A program made the translations under genes and the position numbers. The notes under the pieces were generated by a model that was not told where the DNA came from, did no database searches, and saw nothing but the letters and a program-made list of their open reading frames with translations. From an uncultured Candidatus Saccharibacteria bacterium (GTDB lineage: Bacteria; Patescibacteriota; Dojkabacteria; B142; JAFGMG01): a DNA stretch of 63,916 nucleotides. This document shows, piece after piece, positions 47,901-56,212 of this stretch. Position 1 is the first letter of the stretch; the number at the start of each line of letters is the position of its first letter. The stretch is from contig CAYUFB010000003.1 of the NCBI GenBank assembly GCA_964444125.1, positions 1 through 63,916 of the forward strand. Direction: 5' to 3'.

Positions 47901-50016
47901 CATCAAGTTTTATCTCGCCTTTTTCTAGCACTTCTTCTGTGATTCTTGAAGATAACTCTCTATAGGCTCTATTAAGCCGGGTTCCTTCTGGGGTTATTTT
48001 TTCTGGATCTACATTTGCCAGTTTATAATCCTTATGAAATTCATCTAGTAGATAATCAGTTGTTTCGTGTTTTTGAAGTCTGGTCCCAACATCATGATTT
48101 AAAGTAGGATTATTTGTTAGTACAATAATATTTACTGATGGAGTGATATTTTTACCTCTTGCAACTGTATCGAAATTAGTTCCCTCTATTAGATTCTTGA
48201 AGTTTATCAGACCTGCATTCTCTATAGTAGCTCCCATTCCATTTGCTTTGATATCTTCAATACTATTTTCTTTCACTCCCAAGGCTAAAAGAAGTTGATT
48301 GTATTCTTCTTCACTTCCTGCTATGAGGTGGCTATTTACGACAAGAGATATACCTGTTGGAGAGATCTCAAGATCCACTATACGTTTATTAAATAGATCT
48401 TCAAGATTAAGATCATTATCCCGGAGGTTAAATAGACCTTTGATGTCATTGTTTAAGGCTTGAATTGTTTGTTTTCTTCTTTCTTCTTGCTTATCAATAT
48501 CTCTGTCTTCCGGGTACCCAACTAACTCCCATGCCATTTGATGTTGTGTTCGAATTTGTTTTGCAAGTTCGAGCATATCTTGTATCTCTTTTTTGTACTT
48601 TTTATTTTTCTCTGAATTCTCGGGGTCTAGGTTTGGTTCTGGAACAAAATCATACTCTCCATTTTCGGTAAAAGTGACATCACCAAGGTTGAATTCCTGG
48701 AGTCTTAGGTACAAATCTAGTTCATCGAAATCTTCACTATTTAAAAGCATTATCATAGTCATGAAATCTTCTCTAGCAGCTGTGATCCGCTCTTCTACCG
48801 GGCCAGTTCTTCTCCATTCTTCATAATTAACAAATTCATCAGCAAGTTCTGCCATTTCTCCCTGTTTCTCTAGATCAACCTTTTCTAGCGAAATCTCAAT
48901 TCTAGATAAGATCTTGGGGTCACTGATAAGCTCGAGTAGACGAATTTGGTTTAGACTTAATGGCTGAATATCCTCTGCTGTTATCTTAGTTGTGAGTAAT
49001 GAAGTAAGATTTCTTTCGGATATTAATAACCTCTGTAATTCTTCTAATCGTTCTTTTTCTGTTTTAAGTAATCCTGGTCTAATTGAATCTTTTTCAAGTA
49101 TTTTTGTAATTGTATTCGTCGTTATCACATCTAGACAAGATTGCTTTGACTCTCCTTCTCTCCCTGTTTCTTTTACCATAAAAGGACTCTCTGATAAACT
49201 TCGAAGCTGATCAATTAATAGAGTGTTTCTACGATTTTGAAGAGCAACTAGTTCATTATTTTCCTCTTTCGTCCTATCAGTTTTCTTCTCCAAAGCTCGG
49301 ATTCTTTTTTCAATTTTTTTAAGATCTCTATGGTTTGCTACTCGTTTGGACTTTTCTTGTCTGGCCCTCTCTTTCTTGTCTATTACTCCTTCAGGTTTTG
49401 AAGTTTCTTGTTTCTTTTCCCCCTTTGCGGATTTTTTATTGTCAGCTTCTACAGTTTGTTCTACTTCGTTGATGTCGATCCCTGCACCTTTCATAGCTTC
49501 TTTTGTTTGTGCAAGTACTCCTTTAAATAATTCTCTAAAGGTATTATCATCCATCCCTTGAGGAACTGCATCTGATTGATTACTTAATGCCTGTAAGGTA
49601 TTGTATGCTTGAAGGATCAATTCTCTTTTTGCCTTCTTATCTGATTCATTTTTTAATTCTGCAAAGTTTGTAGCGCGATTGATTTCTCTGAGGGCAAGTT
49701 CTAGTGGGGCGACATTTTCTGCAGGGATCTCTCCTGTGATCTTTTGTCTCTCAAGCATTAATCTTGCCATCTGGATAAATTCAGGGCGAGGTGGTCTTGA
49801 AGCTCGATCAGATGATTTTTCATTTTGTGATTCAGGGCCTCTTCTTAGTTGAGCACGTTCAAGTTCTCTTGCGATATTTTCTTCTGATTGTCTTTTGGCA
49901 ATCTCTGCTATATCACGTCTACGTTGGCTTTCTGCCTGTTTTTTCTTTTCGGGGCTAGTACCTTGTACTTGCCCTTGCCCTTGTCCCCCTAGTTCGTTTG
50001 ATTCAGCTGTAGACAT
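44920..50016 (-). CDS. Giant hypothetical protein (1698 aa), coiled coils and C-terminal hydrophobic hairpin
   Basis: Uninterrupted ORF; no signal peptide; ATNLALLASTLTLMYTGSPMAFTAILLSLYG near the C-terminus. Confidence 0.88.
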   Translation of the reverse strand: MSTAESNELGGQGQGQVQGTSPEKKKQAESQRRRDIAEIAKRQSEENIARELERAQLRRGPESQNEKSSDRASRPPRPEFIQMARLMLERQKITGEIPAENVAPLELALREINRATNFAELKNESDKKAKRELILQAYNTLQALSNQSDAVPQGMDDNTFRELFKGVLAQTKEAMKGAGIDINEVEQTVEADNKKSAKGEKKQETSKPEGVIDKKERARQEKSKRVANHRDLKKIEKRIRALEKKTDRTKEENNELVALQNRRNTLLIDQLRSLSESPFMVKETGREGESKQSCLDVITTNTITKILEKDSIRPGLLKTEKERLEELQRLLISERNLTSLLTTKITAEDIQPLSLNQIRLLELISDPKILSRIEISLEKVDLEKQGEMAELADEFVNYEEWRRTGPVEERITAAREDFMTMIMLLNSEDFDELDLYLRLQEFNLGDVTFTENGEYDFVPEPNLDPENSEKNKKYKKEIQDMLELAKQIRTQHQMAWELVGYPEDRDIDKQEERRKQTIQALNNDIKGLFNLRDNDLNLEDLFNKRIVDLEISPTGISLVVNSHLIAGSEEEYNQLLLALGVKENSIEDIKANGMGATIENAGLINFKNLIEGTNFDTVARGKNITPSVNIIVLTNNPTLNHDVGTRLQKHETTDYLLDEFHKDYKLANVDPEKITPEGTRLNRAYRELSSRITEEVLEKGEIKLDDLYILKHPNPTPAERELYYLIKDLERILKPKQIAQTEDQGSEPAKKDREQLLEDSIRRSQLAFNLRTLLEQQDPSLLPEEKLASIRRQLAEMYPYLKPTESRDIQNAELFSDRESPLIEEALKDNTNIKYAASGMDSLFGVTDSTNPLNKKQLYTDTQQMGGKITWYGEAGKAAYNTRLEFADEGWGFRPLSTIQGFRTVGRLPIVGGIMDRTYIPIPGLASYNRKRAIAARYAHSMNPKLRRWAEKDLGSADLGAKPIKFWAWVSPEMEHRLKEYLPGYNAAHNIAEERENLPTSLAMGVYDKLYSMGPQWFVQIGASDGQIDQQEMLRYLNELSGVKYEFKGQTYQFGIDHNDLKETTRIGSSELSILEDVAKDKLFGTGHLSKYSYAYDGKRYSPNEGLIRSLMLGSLRRGPGKRQQEVSKFFKKHARRSDLPDYMREGMFYWERQIGEDFRDYLRRRDGLMAFRTLGHEHNEAAKEKKHYSFFEMVNLIHYAEEQLIDNGTAWLQNNTGKTIHLEIRERGQTKKVSIAPGENLRDEWGNLIPRGVELVKGVDKNPLIINGKLQADISDETTNALWGRVVGDYENPHLRFIRLKSQDSMRDAVSMFGTNEDDGYDSENVRLRTDGIKWALDEYRFAQMRKALEEGIPPDRRYDMEFMKIKDPITGIDRHLPIIKFKQEVQIPGGPKINVFDASGNATDDFRDYVKAIIDSAKGSREMSTVADYLEKYEKFFDKTKVFNRQETSRIFEHVLRAVSRDGKTKAPEDAFFESFINFSPDDSWGNPYRQEQEAILPKSKMEVDKIMDSIKGGYRASERRFNTAQTYLYAWQKAVKKVAQFERFAYTATAHFKGLAKFSERATNLALLASTLTLMYTGSPMAFTAILLSLYGRYKFKPWLVHEQKKWGERRKKALGRLKEIKSLDSIFEAAMKRGVTTEYDLERMYSTGEEINYWLEDLSQTDAPDDWFPEHDTVISTLDKIREGVKEQLKKYGT

Positions 50017-50067
50017 GAATTAGAAATAATAAATTATTGTTATTATAGTGAATTTTCATCAATACTA

Positions 50068-51114
50068 CTAGCTCGGTATCTTACTTGCTGCAGTTCTTGT
50101 ATTTTCAAGATTGCCAAGTAATCGTTCACTTGCTTGGCCAAGCTCGTTTTTGATTCGTTTAAGGACATTAGGTTTATCATTATCCGGAGCTTCTTTATAC
50201 ATCTTGATAAGTTCTGCTACTTGCGACCTGTACAATTTTTCCATGTTTTCTATTTCCTCTTTCATACTTCCTAAATGTGAATTTACCTCTCTGTATTGTG
50301 GATCTTCTTTGAGTTTGCGGTATATGTCATTATATACTGTGAACATTCCAGAGGCGCCAGCAGAAACGTAAGTCCAAGCTCCTCCTCCGGTACCAAATGC
50401 GATTGCAGAGATTATCGCTAGTTTCATCAAAGCCTTCATGTAGATTGTCGTCTTATCAATAAAATCCTTATCATCTCTAATTTTTAATTCATCTGAATTG
50501 AGAGTAGATTTTATTGATGTTTCTACCTCCCTAAACATTTGTAATACCTGGTCGTCTTTAACTTGTTCTTGCAGGTCTCTTTTTAATTCCCTTAGAGTTT
50601 TGACGTGTTCTAATGATGTCTCCTTAGTATCCTCAGTGTAATTTAACTCTTCTAGCACCCTCTGGGGTAATTTATTTTGTGCGGCTTCGAGAAATTCTTC
50701 CCGTGTCATGTTTTCATACAAAGAAGGCTCCCCCATTTGTACGTCTTCAGGTCTAACGATTTGGCCATCTGACAGAGGTTTATTTGGATTCTGAGCTTCA
50801 TATAACATTCTTAAATATGTATCGTTCGGAGGGAAACCGGTATTAATAGCTTCTCTGAGTTCTAGTTGATCCGGATGGTCAAATGATCTCATCTGGGCAT
50901 TTGCAAGTTGGTCTCCGGCGTTCTCTGCTCGCGGATCGTGAAATTGCTCTTGCTCACCTTTTACTGGTGCAGTAATTAATTGGTCGCTAAGATTTGGAGC
51001 AGTTCCAGTTCCGCTTCTATCACTCCCTTCTCTAGTCCTATCGGTTGCGCTTTCGTGTCCAGGAAATGTCCCTTCTTGAGCGTGTTGTGTTTGTGTTGTG
51101 TACGTACCTGCCAT
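50068..51114 (-). CDS. Hypothetical protein with disordered N-terminus and coiled coil-hydrophobic hairpin-coiled coil
   Basis: 348 aa; LMKLAIISAIAFGTGGGAWTYVSAGASGMFTVY flanked by heptad-like helices. Confidence 0.83.
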   Translation of the reverse strand: MAGTYTTQTQHAQEGTFPGHESATDRTREGSDRSGTGTAPNLSDQLITAPVKGEQEQFHDPRAENAGDQLANAQMRSFDHPDQLELREAINTGFPPNDTYLRMLYEAQNPNKPLSDGQIVRPEDVQMGEPSLYENMTREEFLEAAQNKLPQRVLEELNYTEDTKETSLEHVKTLRELKRDLQEQVKDDQVLQMFREVETSIKSTLNSDELKIRDDKDFIDKTTIYMKALMKLAIISAIAFGTGGGAWTYVSAGASGMFTVYNDIYRKLKEDPQYREVNSHLGSMKEEIENMEKLYRSQVAELIKMYKEAPDNDKPNVLKRIKNELGQASERLLGNLENTRTAASKIPS

Positions 51115-51165
51115 TGATTAAAAGAGTTAATTAGACTATGAATTACTACTTACTTTATTCAACTC

Positions 51166-51345
51166 AAGTATACAGTATGTAACGTACGGCGTACAGCATA
51201 CAGCATTCAGCGTTTAGTATTCAGCCTCCAGCAAACAGTATATAGTTTTGAGTCATGAGTAATAGTAAGCCAAAATTACTGGCTCAACACTCAATACTCA
51301 CTACTCAAAGCTAGATACTCAACACTCAATACTCATTACTCAACA
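51166..51345. repeat. Heptamer tandem-array element, copy 3
   Basis: 14 in-phase heptamers (51166-51263), AGTAA-GCCAAAA-TTACT hairpin, 9 inverse CTCA-type heptamers (51283-51345). Confidence 0.92.
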
Positions 51346-51348
51346 TTC

Positions 51349-51924
51349 TTATTTCCACACCTCTTCTTCCACTTCTAGTTTGTAGTTTACAAATCTAGCT
51401 GAAACAAAGAACCAGTCACTAAGTCTGTTTAGATATTTCAAGATATTCTCATTCACCTTTGCGCCTTTGGTGAGCCTAACGGCATTTCGTTCTGCTCTTC
51501 TGCAAATTGCCCTAGCAATTTGCACACTTGAAGCGATTTCGTCTCCCCCTGGCAAGATGAAGTACTTAAGTTTTGGCAAAAGCTTCTCCATATCATCGAT
51601 TTCTTTTTCTAGTCTAGTCACTTGATCTAAAGCAATTCTGTCAATGTTTTTTTGAAAAGAAGCCTTGGTAGAATACGATGTAGCAAGATCGGCTCCAACT
51701 TGAAGAAGATCTTTCTGAGTTTGATTTAGTGACTCGATTATTTTCTCAAATTCTTCATTCTCACTATTGGTTTTCAGCTTAGCAAGCAAGGCTCGTATAA
51801 GTCCAATGTGTGAATTTAGTTCATCAACACAACCAATCACTTCCATCCTGACAACAGATTTGCTGACACGTCTTCCGCCAAAAAGTGCTGTGGTGCCATT
51901 GTCTCCAGTTTTAGTATAAATCAT
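51349..51924 (-). CDS. pduO: ATP:cob(I)alamin adenosyltransferase, PduO type
   Basis: IYTKTGD.G.T.L..G.RVSK, G.VDELNS.IG, FILPGG, AR.ICRRAER, YLNRLSD. Confidence 0.95.
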   Translation of the reverse strand: MIYTKTGDNGTTALFGGRRVSKSVVRMEVIGCVDELNSHIGLIRALLAKLKTNSENEEFEKIIESLNQTQKDLLQVGADLATSYSTKASFQKNIDRIALDQVTRLEKEIDDMEKLLPKLKYFILPGGDEIASSVQIARAICRRAERNAVRLTKGAKVNENILKYLNRLSDWFFVSARFVNYKLEVEEEVWK

Positions 51925-51934
51925 CTTTAATTAA

Positions 51935-53872
51935 TTAGTTTAAATGTGGCATTGGGAAATAAACGTCCCTGTTATTTTTTTGTGCCCAAAATTCTTTTTC
52001 AAAAGTTTTTGTTTCCAGATTATACAAGTATATCCCAGCTTGGCCGTTATACGAATTGTTTTGAGAATTTTTTTCAAGAAGCAATAATTGAGAGTTGTTG
52101 ATGAAAAATACTCCATCAAAATTATTATTTACATGATAATTATTCCAGTTTTGAGTTTCTAGATCATAATATCTTGATCCATGAGTCATTATATATCTCC
52201 CTGTTTTATCGAATTTGGGCCATTGATTATCTGCCCAGCCTGAAGTTTCCAATTCACGGACAATATTGATCTTGCCATCATTGATATTTGCTAATAATAG
52301 CTTTGTAGAATTCGTACCTGAAGCACTTATAACTATACTAGTCAAATCATGCACGTCATATTGATAAGTCCACCATTTGCCAGTGTTTTCAAGTGAGTAA
52401 GCTTCGTAGTTTGAAGTGTCATTTATCGAATATTTCTTGAGTGTAAAGATATTATTTTCAGAATTTGTTTCTTCATTTAGATAAACATGTCTTGATAAAT
52501 GATCCCAATTAGCAATAAATCCATTTTCCGAATCTGCAAGATAAGATGATTTGCCACTTGTTAGATCAAATAAATAAAATCCTGCCTTGGTTCCATCAGG
52601 ACTAATATTTAATTTTTCCTCTCTGCCCTCGCAATTACTTTGACATTTTGAGTAATCTAGAATTTGCAATTTGTAAACAAAATATTTTGAATCATTCGAC
52701 CATCCTGAAGATTGGATATCTAACAATGTCTTGATGTTTCCTTGACTACGAATGGCAGGTATCAAGAGATTGATATTTTGGCCTAAGGTGTCTGCAAGAT
52801 AGATTCCTCCATTGTTTTGATACAAAATCCACTTACCATCACTTGAAAGATGTCTTATCCTGATATTATTTAGACTATCTATCTGCCTAAAATCGCTGCC
52901 GTCAAAATTGATACTGTATGTAGAATTATCCATCTGCCATATGAAACGATCCGATACATCTGTAGTTGGCTGTTTGTAAGGTAGTTTGCATTCGAGCCAA
53001 GCTGTTTCGATTAGTTGACTTGTTTTTCTATAAGTATCAGTATTTTTTGAGATGTATTCAGAAAATTCAGCTTTGATAATAAGCAAATTATCACAGTTAG
53101 ATATGTATTTTGTGATTATCCTTACATTGCCTACATTGTTTGTCTCAAAAACAAATCCGTTTTCATCCATTTTGGCGATATTTAAATTAGAGTTTTTGGT
53201 GTTTGCAGAAAAATCTAAAGTGATAGTTTGTTTCGGTCCCTCTATAGAAGTTAAAAATTTTGATTCTTGAGAAGTTGATTCTTGAATATCCCAATTTGCA
53301 GGATATTGAATCCCAAAATTGAATTTTTCGTTATTGTATATCAGCAAGTCCTCAAACAAACTTGAATCTAAAGCCTCAAGGTTCACATCAATTTTGGAAG
53401 TTTTGTATTTAGTTATTTGGACATAGCTTTCGTAATCCTCATATCCGTTCTTTTGGACAAGAATGAAATAATTGCCTTCTTTCAATGATACGTTATATGG
53501 TGTTTGGCCATAAAGTTTGCCATTGATAAAAATTTTGGAATCTTTTGGCGTACTAGTGATCTCAAGTTTGCCTTTTGGACTGATGCCAAATGCACTATTT
53601 ACATTTTCTTTGACAGTAGGAATTGAATAATACGCAGTGACGGTACTTATAAAAAAGCAAAGGAAGACCGAAGCTATCATTGTTGATAAGCTCAGCTTTG
53701 CAAAAATACTGAATAATCCTGGTTTGGGCTCTTGTATATACATCTCCTTCATCAAATCATATTTTTCAAAATTCGTACTTGTAAACAAATTCTCTTTTAA
53801 TTCTTCCTTGAACTTTGATCTGGCCCTTGGCATTCCTGTTTTTTGTATTAATTTTTCTATATTATCTTCCAT
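51935..53872 (-). CDS. Putative anti-sigma factor: TM, PEGA domain, TolB-like beta-propeller
   Basis: Directly downstream of the ECF sigma; PEGA G.LEITSTP....IFING...G.TP...L.EG.Y.I.V.K.GYEDY; repeated S.DGKW/S.DSKY blades. Confidence 0.75.
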   Translation of the reverse strand: MEDNIEKLIQKTGMPRARSKFKEELKENLFTSTNFEKYDLMKEMYIQEPKPGLFSIFAKLSLSTMIASVFLCFFISTVTAYYSIPTVKENVNSAFGISPKGKLEITSTPKDSKIFINGKLYGQTPYNVSLKEGNYFILVQKNGYEDYESYVQITKYKTSKIDVNLEALDSSLFEDLLIYNNEKFNFGIQYPANWDIQESTSQESKFLTSIEGPKQTITLDFSANTKNSNLNIAKMDENGFVFETNNVGNVRIITKYISNCDNLLIIKAEFSEYISKNTDTYRKTSQLIETAWLECKLPYKQPTTDVSDRFIWQMDNSTYSINFDGSDFRQIDSLNNIRIRHLSSDGKWILYQNNGGIYLADTLGQNINLLIPAIRSQGNIKTLLDIQSSGWSNDSKYFVYKLQILDYSKCQSNCEGREEKLNISPDGTKAGFYLFDLTSGKSSYLADSENGFIANWDHLSRHVYLNEETNSENNIFTLKKYSINDTSNYEAYSLENTGKWWTYQYDVHDLTSIVISASGTNSTKLLLANINDGKINIVRELETSGWADNQWPKFDKTGRYIMTHGSRYYDLETQNWNNYHVNNNFDGVFFINNSQLLLLEKNSQNNSYNGQAGIYLYNLETKTFEKEFWAQKNNRDVYFPMPHLN

Positions 53873-53873
53873 A

Positions 53874-54452
53874 TTAATTTTTCATAATTTCTTTGAGAGT
53901 TTGAAGTGCTCTCTTTGATAATGATTTCACTGAATCTACACTTCTTCCTGTGATCTGACATGTCTCTTTGATCGAATATTCTTGAATGTATCTTAATAAA
54001 ATTATTTCTTTTTGATCAGGTTTTAGGTTATTAATTGCTACCCTTAAGTTATCAAGATTGATACTATTAGATACAATTTCTTCAAAATTGTCATCATTTA
54101 TTGTTACAAATTCTCCAAGATTATCAAGTGAAATATTTTGTTGTTTCCTAGAATTATCATAAATTAAATTCCTAGCAATCCTATAGAGCCATGCTGAGAA
54201 ACTATATCCACGCCACTCAAATTTATCAATATTGATAATTGCTTTCTCGAAGGCCTGACTTGTGATATCTTCTGCCAAAGTTTGATCTCCAGTAAGATAA
54301 GCAACATATCCATAAAGTTTATCAAAGTACGCTTCAAATAAAGCTTCAAAATGTTTGATATCCTTTTTGGCTTTTTCTATTATTATTTTTTCTTCCTCCT
54401 TATCTAATCTCTTCATTAGTTTGAGTATATTATCTCTAGACGTTAGTTTCAA
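53874..54452 (-). CDS. ECF-type RNA polymerase sigma factor
   Basis: AEDITSQAFEKA, FSAWLYRIARN, L.PDQKEIILLRY...S+KE...I.G.S...VKS. Confidence 0.93.
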   Translation of the reverse strand: MKLTSRDNILKLMKRLDKEEEKIIIEKAKKDIKHFEALFEAYFDKLYGYVAYLTGDQTLAEDITSQAFEKAIINIDKFEWRGYSFSAWLYRIARNLIYDNSRKQQNISLDNLGEFVTINDDNFEEIVSNSINLDNLRVAINNLKPDQKEIILLRYIQEYSIKETCQITGRSVDSVKSLSKRALQTLKEIMKN

Positions 54453-54511
54453 GCCTTAAAAGGAATAATATTAAAACGGATATATAGACTATAAGTGGCG
54501 CAAAACTGGAA

Positions 54512-55171
54512 CTATTTGTAGGTCTCCAATCGTGCTTTTTCAATTATAATTGGATTTATAGGTTTGTCCGAAGAGTTCGTTTTGGTGGTTGCGATTTTTT
54601 CTACAACGTTTTGACCCTTGATCACCTGACCAAAAACCGTATAATCCCCATCTAGGCCTGATGCTCCAAAATCGTCGTGTACGATATAAAATTGACTGCC
54701 AGATGAGGCTTTTTCAGGATTGACCGCATCAGAAAGTCTTGCTGTTGCTACTGCGCCTGCGATGTGATTTAGTTCTGCAGATATCTCTGCTGGAACTGTA
54801 TATCCAGGGCCACCGGTTCCATCACCTTTTGGATCCCCTGTTTGGATCATAAATCCGGAAATGATTCTATGGAAAGAAATTCCATCATAAAATCCGTCTT
54901 TGACAAGTTTTTTGAAATTTTCTACAGTTTGTGGTGCTTCTTCTTCAAAAAACTTGATATGTATATCACCATAGGAAGTTTCGAGTATTACGATTTCGTC
55001 ACCATTTTCTGGACAGCTTTTCTGACCGGATTTATCCTGGCAGTAGTTATCGGCTTGAATTTTCGTATCTTTTTTTGTAGTTGAATTATCAACAACTTTT
55101 GTATCTTTTTTGCATCCTGTAAGTGTGCTTGCCATGATAAGTATGATTGTTAGAATTAATATTTTTTTCAT
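54512..55171 (-). CDS. Cyclophilin-type peptidyl-prolyl isomerase lipoprotein
   Basis: Lipobox LTGC; GFYDG+.FHR+I.GFMIQTGDP.G.GTGGPGY, GSQFYI, YTVFGQV. Confidence 0.96.
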   Translation of the reverse strand: MKKILILTIILIMASTLTGCKKDTKVVDNSTTKKDTKIQADNYCQDKSGQKSCPENGDEIVILETSYGDIHIKFFEEEAPQTVENFKKLVKDGFYDGISFHRIISGFMIQTGDPKGDGTGGPGYTVPAEISAELNHIAGAVATARLSDAVNPEKASSGSQFYIVHDDFGASGLDGDYTVFGQVIKGQNVVEKIATTKTNSSDKPINPIIIEKARLETYK

Positions 55172-56202
55172 TTTGTGATGTGATTATATAAGAATTTGTA
55201 AATTTCTTCATTAACATTTATATTTCTTGTTACGAATTTTTCTTGATTTTCTGGTCCATAAATAATTTTCAAATTAGTCCTTCCTGGATTTTCTTCAATT
55301 ATTTTTTTTAATTTTTTTATCCATTCTGCGTCATTAATTTGTCTAATATCTATTGTTAAACTTGGAATATCAAGTGAAGTGGAATCAGATACGCTATCTG
55401 GCTGAAATTTTTCTTTGATGACATTGATATCTTCTTCAGGTGGTAAATCTTCTGGAATGATGCCATTGTTTATTAGTAATTTTCTAATTTCGCTGTTGTT
55501 ATGAACGTGTTCTTCTTTGATCAAATCTTGACCAAAAAGTTGTTTTTGTTTGGTCTGATGTGTGGTCATTTCTGTCGCTAGATCTTTGGCCTTAAGTGTG
55601 ATTGTTGGTAAATGATCTGCAAGAGGTTTGCTTTGTGTGATTCCAAATTTACGTTTCATTGTAGCTGTAGGGCTTCCAAATAATGTCGCATCTCCTGCAG
55701 ATCTGATTTGTGCTATCCCTTGACTGGATACTCCATGATCTTTAAGAGTATTAGAAAATTTCTTTTCTGTCTCTTTAAGCTTTTCTCTTGCTTGTACTCT
55801 ACGTGATAGTTGTTGTTGCATATCTACAATCTCCTGGCGTCTGGTTTGTATCGCAAAATAGTTTTGGGCTGAGGCAATAGAGGATTTGTGTGGGTCTCCA
55901 TTTTGAGCGATTACGTAACAAGCGTATCTTGATAGTTTGATATCTTTAATGTTACGAAACGTCTGTTTGTTGGTGCCTGAACCAATCTTGATCTTTTTGT
56001 TGACTTCAACGAAATGATTGGTTTCTTGTTGATAACCTCTTTTTATACTTTCTTTGGCTTTTTTGATAACCTTGAGAAAGTTGCGCCAGTCTTTGTACTC
56101 CAGAAGTGGCATAAGTTCTCTTGCGTACCAATATTCATTATTGGCATTATCTTTGTGTTTGATATCTTCAAATCCATAGCTGGATGTTGATATTTCATTC
56201 AT
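55168..56202 (-). CDS. dinD: DNA damage-inducible protein D (DinD-like) with extra C-terminal domain
   Basis: EYWYARELMPLLEY..W.NF, LSRYACY+IAQNGDP.K..IA.AQ.YFA+QTRRQE, HV.NN.E+R..L...GI.PE.LPPEEDI. Confidence 0.88.
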   Translation of the reverse strand: MNEISTSSYGFEDIKHKDNANNEYWYARELMPLLEYKDWRNFLKVIKKAKESIKRGYQQETNHFVEVNKKIKIGSGTNKQTFRNIKDIKLSRYACYVIAQNGDPHKSSIASAQNYFAIQTRRQEIVDMQQQLSRRVQAREKLKETEKKFSNTLKDHGVSSQGIAQIRSAGDATLFGSPTATMKRKFGITQSKPLADHLPTITLKAKDLATEMTTHQTKQKQLFGQDLIKEEHVHNNSEIRKLLINNGIIPEDLPPEEDINVIKEKFQPDSVSDSTSLDIPSLTIDIRQINDAEWIKKLKKIIEENPGRTNLKIIYGPENQEKFVTRNINVNEEIYKFLYNHITK

Positions 56203-56212
56203 GGCCTTAAAT

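Noticed and set aside
31491-51114. Prophage interpretation of the orphan locus
   Set aside because: No integrase, terminase, capsid, portal or lysis genes are recognisable, and no att-like flanking repeats were seen
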